Source: Alphaproteobacteria bacterium (GTDB lineage: Bacteria; Pseudomonadota; Alphaproteobacteria; MPNO01; UBA830). From it: a stretch of 64,000 nt of DNA. The DNA lies in the NCBI GenBank assembly GCA_965243135.1, contig OZ251539.1:4832001-4896000 (forward strand). The letters run 5' to 3'. The position numbers were made by a program, and so were the translations under genes. The notes below the pieces were generated by a model, which saw nothing but the letters and a program-made list of their open reading frames with translations, did no database searches and was not told the origin of the DNA. The first letter of the stretch is position 1. Each line of letters begins with the position of its first letter. Below, in pieces: positions 58,448 to 64,000 of this stretch.

Positions 58448-59795
58448 TGTCAAGAACATTTTGAACTGACCGGATTATGTACCAAATTAATTGACCGCTT
58501 CCGTTGTAGTGGTTGGGCCTGTGGGGAAGTGGTCAGGCGCGAAGCGGCTGTCCACTTCAGGCCTCCGGAGAATCGCGTCGAAGCGGGTCACGCGGCCTTC
58601 CGGGTTGCGGTTTCGAACGGAGCCCCGTCGGCCCGGTAGAGAGCGAGGCGTCTGGGGCCGTGGAAGACGGCAAGGGTGTGGTCGGGGTACTCGTGGACCC
58701 GGACCCTGGCCTTGACGTAGTGGTGACGGTCGGCCGGGATCTGCAGAGTGCGTCCCTTGTACCGCACCGTGTTGTCGTTCGAGCCGCTCCTCGTGGACAC
58801 AGAGGATGTCGTCCAAGGTGCCGGCGAAGGGCACGAAGGCCGCCCCCTCGACCTCGGGCGGGGTAGCGAAGCGCCGGTTGTGGTCCGGCAGGTAGACCTG
58901 CTTGAGGAAGCGGTTGGCCTCGGCCATGTCGGAGATGCCGGCGAGCCTGAGTTCCTGGGGCAGGCGCTTCTGCAGGGTGCCGAACCTCCGAGCGCCCCCG
59001 AGCCTCGGGCGAGTAGGCGGCGACGTGCTCGATGCCGAGCTGGCGAAGGGCGCGCCCGACCTGGGTCGGGTTGTCCTTGTCGACCTTGCCGCCGGCCTCG
59101 GGCGTGTGGAAGTAGTGGCTGCCGCGGTCGGTGTAGAACGAGCAGAACAGCCCGCGCTCGCCGACCACCTCGCGAAGCGCCTGGAAAGTCGACATGGTGC
59201 CTTCCTCGGCGACGAAGAAGGCCGAGTAGACCTCGCTGGTGGCGTCGTCCATGGTGACGCCCACTGCCGACCCGACACCCACTCGTGGCGCGAGCCGTCC
59301 TGGTGCAGCGCCGGGCAGCGCCCGCCGCGGGCGCTTGCGCCGGTGGGCGCCGCGCCGCGGAGCGGCTCGCACGCGGCCATGGGCCTGCAAAGTCAGCCGG
59401 ACCCAGTTGTAGCTGCGCTGGACGCCATGGCAGGCGACCAGCTTCTCGTGAAAGTGCTTGGCGTTGAAGTCCCAGTACCGGGTGTCGAACAATTCCAGAA
59501 CCTGCGCCACCTCGTCCACGTCGGCCCGGCGCGCCGAGACCCGGCCCAGGCGGCGGTCGTACAACCCTTCCGCGCCCTCCGCCTCGTAGCGATCGCGCCA
59601 GCGCCGGAAGGTGCGTTCCGAAACGCCCTCCGCCGCCTCGCCTTGGCTCAGCACCACGGGTGCGACCGTATACCTCTTCGAACTTCATCAATCTCAGTCC
59701 CTGTCGTTGTTCCGTCCGCCGCCACCTCCTTTGGTCTGGAAGCCTTCTAAGAGATCATTTGGTACATGGACCGGACATATCATCTGTTACTGACA
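58448..59795 (-). mobile_element. IS1202-family (formerly ISNCY) element with a frameshifted transposase
   Basis: TGTCA..TGACA ends; exact 17-bp TSD GTGCAGTCGCGTCAGGG at 58431-58447 and 59796-59812; MKFEEVY, SERTFRRW, MDDATS, YTDRGSHY, AYSPEARGRSE spread over three frames. Confidence 0.9.
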
Positions 59796-59812
59796 GTGCA
59801 GTCGCGTCAGGG

Positions 59813-59841
59813 TTGACAGCGTCCTGATCGCCCCGTATTTT
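59813..59841 (+). promoter_or_regulatory. Putative sigma70 promoter of the F0 operon
   Basis: TTGACA-N17-TATTTT, about 50 bp before the first ATG. Confidence 0.6.
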
Positions 59842-59892
59842 GCGCGGGTTTTCGCAGGCGCGGAATCGCAGCGGGATCTTGCGCAATTTTCA

Positions 59893-60216
59893 ATGGCGGA
59901 GCGTGATTCACCGGAGCCCGGCGGTGGTCTGGACGAACGGTTGCGCCGATTTCGGGAGGATCGGGCGCCCGTCGAAACGCCCAGGCCGCAGGGGCTGGGC
60001 TTCGCGATGCGCATCGGCACGGAGCTGGTGGCGGCGTTGATCGTCGGAACCGGTCTCGGTTACCTGCTCGACGCCTGGATGGAAACCCTGCCGCTGATGT
60101 CGCTGCTGGGCTTCTTCTTCGGCGCGGCGGCGGGAATGTTGAACGTCTACCGGATCGCCACGGGCCGCAGCGGGGCCGTGGGATGGCGGTCGGGGCCTGG
60201 AAGCAAGGAGGGCTGA
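59893..60216 (+). CDS. atpI: ATP synthase protein I (AtpZ/AtpI)
   Basis: [30 protein letters not shown]. Confidence 0.88.
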   Translation: MAERDSPEPGGGLDERLRRFREDRAPVETPRPQGLGFAMRIGTELVAALIVGTGLGYLLDAWMETLPLMSLLGFFFGAAAGMLNVYRIATGRSGAVGWRSGPGSKEG

Positions 60217-60219
60217 CTG

Positions 60220-60957
60220 TTGGCAGCCAGGGAAGGAGACGGGCACAGCCCGCTGGCGCAGTTCGAAATCCGGGAACTGATCCCGCTCGATGTCGCCGGC
60301 CACGACATCTCGTTCACCAATTCCGCGCTGACGATGGTGGTCGCGGTCGCGCTCGTGATCGTGGTCGTCGGCTGCGGCCGGCGAGCGCTGGTGCCCGGGC
60401 GCTGGCAGGCGCTGGCCGAAATCTGCTACGAATTCTGCGCCAACCTGCTCCGCGATACGGTGGGCAACGACGGCCGCAAGTACTTCCCCTTCATCTTCAC
60501 GCTCTTCATGTTCATCCTGTTCGGAAACATGCTAGGCATGATTCCGTACAGCTTCACCTTCACCAGCCACATCATCGTGACTTTCGTCATGGCGATCGTC
60601 GTGTTCGCGGGCGTCACGGTGCTCGGATTCGTGAAGCACGGCGTCCGCTTCTTCGGGTTCTTCGTCCCGCCGGGCGTCTCGCTCGTGATGTGGCCGCTGA
60701 TGATCCCGATCGAAATCATTTCCTACCTGTCGCGCCCCATCAGCCTCGCCGTCCGCCTGTTCGCCAACATGACGGCCGGGCATACGATGCTGAAGGTGTT
60801 CGCGGGTTTCGTGCCGGCGCTCGGCGCCGCGGGAATTTTCCCGCTGGCGTTCGCGACCGCGCTGACCGGGCTGGAGCTGCTCATCGCTTTCCTGCAGGCT
60901 TACGTTTTCACCGTGCTGACTTGCCTGTACATCTCCGACGCCCTGCATCTTCACTGA
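60220..60957 (+). CDS. atpB: F0 subunit a
   Basis: [32 protein letters not shown]. Confidence 0.95.
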   Translation: MAAREGDGHSPLAQFEIRELIPLDVAGHDISFTNSALTMVVAVALVIVVVGCGRRALVPGRWQALAEICYEFCANLLRDTVGNDGRKYFPFIFTLFMFILFGNMLGMIPYSFTFTSHIIVTFVMAIVVFAGVTVLGFVKHGVRFFGFFVPPGVSLVMWPLMIPIEIISYLSRPISLAVRLFANMTAGHTMLKVFAGFVPALGAAGIFPLAFATALTGLELLIAFLQAYVFTVLTCLYISDALHLH

Positions 60958-60980
60958 ACGACCGAACGAAAGGATGGAAC

Positions 60981-61208
60981 ATGGACGCAGCAGCAGCCAA
61001 ACTGATCGGCGCGGGACTCGCGGCGATCGGAGTGATCGGGGCCGGCATCGGCATCGGCAGCATTTTCTCTTCATTCATCTCCGCGGTGGGACGGAACCCC
61101 GCCGCGGCGCCGAACGTCACGCAGATGACCTGGATCGGCTTCGCGTTGGTCGAAGCCATCGCGCTGTACGCTCTGGTCATCGCTTTCCTGATCCTCTTCG
61201 TCTTCTAG
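60981..61208 (+). CDS. atpE: F0 subunit c
   Basis: [24 protein letters not shown]. Confidence 0.95.
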   Translation: MDAAAAKLIGAGLAAIGVIGAGIGIGSIFSSFISAVGRNPAAAPNVTQMTWIGFALVEAIALYALVIAFLILFVF

Positions 61209-61212
61209 TGCC

Positions 61213-61707
61213 GTGCCGCAGATAGAACAGGCCGATACCTTCCTCAGCCAGGCTTTCTGGCTGATCGTGACCTTCGGCTTTCTATACGTCGTCCTCTGGA
61301 AGGCGGTGCTGCCCCGGTTGTCCTCCGTCCTCGTCGAACGTCAGGAACGGATCGACGAGGACGTCCGCATGGCCGAAACGTTCAAAAGGGAAGCGGACGA
61401 GGCGATGGCCGCCTATGATCGCATGATCGCCGAGGCCCGGGACGAGTCCCAGGCGATCATGCGCAAGGCGAACCAGGAACTCGCCGATGCGGCGGCAGCG
61501 CGGCAGGCGGCGTTGACCGCCAAAATCAAGGAGAACGCCGACGCTGCCGAGGCGCGGATCGAGACCGCTCGCGCCGAAGCCGTCGCGCACGTCAAGATCG
61601 TCGCCGCCGAGGTCGCGCAGGCCGCCACCGCCCGGCTGAGCGGCATGGAAGTCTCCGCGGAAGACGCCGAAGCGGCCGTCGCCGACGCAATGCGGGAAGG
61701 AAACTGA
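61213..61707 (+). CDS. F0 subunit b'
   Basis: MPQ..TF.SQ.FWL..TF, LPRL, coiled coil. Confidence 0.9.
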   Translation: MPQIEQADTFLSQAFWLIVTFGFLYVVLWKAVLPRLSSVLVERQERIDEDVRMAETFKREADEAMAAYDRMIAEARDESQAIMRKANQELADAAAARQAALTAKIKENADAAEARIETARAEAVAHVKIVAAEVAQAATARLSGMEVSAEDAEAAVADAMREGN

Positions 61708-62180
61708 TGGACCTTCACGATCCCAATCTCTGGGTCGCGGTCGGCTTCGTCATTCTCGTCGCCGGCGTCTGCCGGCCCGCCGGCAGAGCGTTCGCCGCCA
61801 TGCTCGACCGCCGAACCGAAGGGATACGGAAATCCCTGGACGAAGCCGCCGGCCTTCGCGAGGACGCGCAGCGCCTCCGAACCGAGTGCCAGCGCAAGCA
61901 GCGCGACGCGGCGAAGGAAACGGCGGCGATGATCGAAAGGGCTCGGGCGGATGCCGAGCGGCTCTCGAAGGAGGGCATGGCGAAGATCGACGAGTCCTTG
62001 AAACGGCGCGAACGGGCGGCGCTGGACAAGATCGCCCGGGCCGAAGACGAAGCGTTGCGCGAGGTCCGCGCAGCTTCGGTCGAGATCGCGCTGGCTGCCA
62101 CCCGCAACCTGATCGCTTCGCGCATGGACGAGTCGATGTCCGAAGCCATGATCGACGAAGCGATCGCCCGCTTGCGCTGA
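61707..62180 (+). CDS. atpF: F0 subunit b
   Basis: WVAVGF TM segment, LDRR...I..LDEA..LR, coiled coil. Confidence 0.9.
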   Translation: MDLHDPNLWVAVGFVILVAGVCRPAGRAFAAMLDRRTEGIRKSLDEAAGLREDAQRLRTECQRKQRDAAKETAAMIERARADAERLSKEGMAKIDESLKRRERAALDKIARAEDEALREVRAASVEIALAATRNLIASRMDESMSEAMIDEAIARLR

Positions 62181-62186
62181 AGGCCG

Positions 62187-63668
62187 CTACGCCTCCTCCG
62201 GCGTCCAGCGCAACGTCGGACGGCGCGCCGCGGCGGTTTCGTCGAGGCGGCGGCGCGGCGCGCGGAAAGGCGCGGCCCGAAACGCCGCGGCGCCCTCCCG
62301 TCTGGCGCGCGCCGCGAGACGGGCTACGGCGTCCGCGAACCTGTCGAGGCTTTCGCGGCTTTCGGTTTCCGTCGGCTCGATCAACAGCGCGCCCCGAACC
62401 ACGAGCGGAAAGTACATGGTCATCGGGTGGAAGCCCTCGTCGATCAGCGCCTTCGCGAAATCCAGCGTGGTCACGCCGGTGCCGTCCAGGAAGCGGTCGT
62501 CGAACAGCGCCTCGTGCATGCACGGTCCCTCGAAAGACGGGCTCAACGCGCCGGACAGCCGCGCCATAAGGTAGTTGGCGTTGAGCACGGCGTCCTCCGA
62601 GACGCGGCGCAGCCCGTCCGAGCCGTGGCTCATCATGTAGGCGAGCGCGCGAACGAACATGCCCGTCTGGCCGTGAAACGCCTTCATGCGCGGCGCCTGT
62701 TCCCCGGCGCCGGCGCGTTCGGCCAGCCGGAAACCGTTTTCGTCGCGCACCACCCATGGAAGCGGCGCGAAGGGCGCAAGCTCCGCCGACAGCGCCACCG
62801 GCCCGCTGCCCGGCCCGCCGCCGCCATGCGGCGTCGAGAACGTCTTGTGCAGATTCAGATGCATGCAATCGACGCCGAAATCGCCGGGACGCACCCGCCC
62901 GACGATGGCGTTGAAGTTCGCGCCGTCGCAGTAGAAGAACGCGCCGGCGTCGCGCACCGCCGCGGCCTGTTCGAGAACCTCGTCCTCGAACAGGCCGCAA
63001 GTGTTCGGATTGGTCAGCATGAACGCGGCGACGTCGCCGTCCAGCGCGGCGCGCAGGGCCGAAAGGTCCACGCGTCCGCGGTCGTTGAGCGGAATCGCTT
63101 CGACCTCGTATCCGCAGGCGGCGGCGGTGGCGGGATTGGTGCCGTGCGCCGAATCCGGAACCAGAACGCGGCGGCGGGCGTCTCCGCGAGCCTCCAGCGC
63201 CGCCCGCACCGTCATCAGGCCGCAGAGTTCGCCGTGGGCGCCGGCCGCGGGCGACATGGCGACCGCCGGCATGCCGGTCAGCGTCGAGATCCAATGCGCG
63301 AGCGTGTCGATCAGCCGCAGCGCTCCCTGAACCGTGGAAACCGGTTGCAAGGGATGAACGTCGGCGAAGCCCGGCAATCGGGCCAGCTTTTCGTTAAGCC
63401 GCGGATTGTGCTTCATGGTGCACGACCCCAGCGGATAAAGTCCGGCGTCGATCGCGTAGTTGTTCCGGCTCAGCCGCGTGTAATGGCGGACGACCTGCGG
63501 CTCGGACAGACCCGGAAGGCCGATGGAGCCGGTTCTTTCCAATCCTCCCAACCGGCGATCGGCTTCCGGCGGAGGCGGTAAATCCACGCCGGCGCGGCCT
63601 GCGGCGCCCTGCTCGAAAATCAGCGGCTCCTCGACCCGCAAGGCGTCGCCGGTTCTCTCGTCCGTCAT
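62187..63668 (-). CDS. gcvPB: Glycine dehydrogenase P-protein subunit 2
   Basis: YPLGSCTMKHNP, SAHGTNPA, HLNLHKTFSTPHGGGGPG, IEPTETES. Confidence 0.95.
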   Translation of the reverse strand: MTDERTGDALRVEEPLIFEQGAAGRAGVDLPPPPEADRRLGGLERTGSIGLPGLSEPQVVRHYTRLSRNNYAIDAGLYPLGSCTMKHNPRLNEKLARLPGFADVHPLQPVSTVQGALRLIDTLAHWISTLTGMPAVAMSPAAGAHGELCGLMTVRAALEARGDARRRVLVPDSAHGTNPATAAACGYEVEAIPLNDRGRVDLSALRAALDGDVAAFMLTNPNTCGLFEDEVLEQAAAVRDAGAFFYCDGANFNAIVGRVRPGDFGVDCMHLNLHKTFSTPHGGGGPGSGPVALSAELAPFAPLPWVVRDENGFRLAERAGAGEQAPRMKAFHGQTGMFVRALAYMMSHGSDGLRRVSEDAVLNANYLMARLSGALSPSFEGPCMHEALFDDRFLDGTGVTTLDFAKALIDEGFHPMTMYFPLVVRGALLIEPTETESRESLDRFADAVARLAARARREGAAAFRAAPFRAPRRRLDETAAARRPTLRWTPEEA

Positions 63669-64000
63669 CGCAATGCCTCCGTAAGCGCCGCGCACAGCTT
63701 GTCGACGTCGTCGTCGGTGACCGTCTCCGTGGCGGCGACCAGCAGCAGCCTCCGGGCTTCCGGATGCCCGGGCAGCAGCCGCGACGCGGGAACGCCCGCA
63801 AGAACGCCCCGTTCGGCGAGCGCATCGACGACTTCCGCCGCGTCCGCCGGCAACTGGACGGTGACCTCGTTGAAGAACGCTTCGTTCAGAACCCGGACGC
63901 CCGGCAGTTGCGAAATGCGGTCGACGAGGCGAACCGTCTTCGCGTGGTTGATCGCGGCCAGCCTGCGGAAGCCGTCCTCCCCGAGCAGGGACAGGTGAAT
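63665..64000 (-). CDS. gcvPA: Glycine dehydrogenase P-protein subunit 1, 3' part (cut by the window edge)
   Basis: FFNEVTV, GVLAGVP, LLVAATE; ATGA overlap with gcvPB. Confidence 0.88.
   Translation of the reverse strand: MHLSLLGEDGFRRLAAINHAKTVRLVDRISQLPGVRVLNEAFFNEVTVQLPADAAEVVDALAERGVLAGVPASRLLPGHPEARRLLLVAATETVTDDDVDKLCAALTEALR

Overview
GC-rich alphaproteobacterial chromosome segment. Housekeeping and metabolic genes (cytochrome c2, dinB, pcaIJ, KamA/EpmB-like, rnhB, ubiD-like, mutY-DUF721-dsbA-smc, F0 ATP synthase operon, gcvPA/PB) are interleaved with accessory DNA, much of it decaying. The accessory DNA includes toxin-antitoxin genes and relics, two IS elements with clear target-site duplications, an ISAzo13 relic, a Mu-like prophage relic, two Fic proteins, a large lipoprotein, and a defence island (XRE-SNF2-DUF3883 helicase, DUF1156 adenine methylase, DUF499 ATPase, two nested ABC-ATPase/TOPRIM-like pairs, a decayed Menshen-like trio). 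Four observations stand out. (1) An ankyrin-Rpn (PD-(D/E)XK) fusion gene whose C-terminal tail has its own RBS/ATG and is repeated downstream as two stand-alone cassettes, with 6/5/1 heptad repeats. (2) A C15 tract inside the defence methylase. (3) A G17 tract in the predicted promoter spacer of the lipoprotein gene. (4) A recurring pattern of lost toxins/effectors with retained antitoxins/ATPases. All family calls come from motif recognition by eye; no database searches were run.
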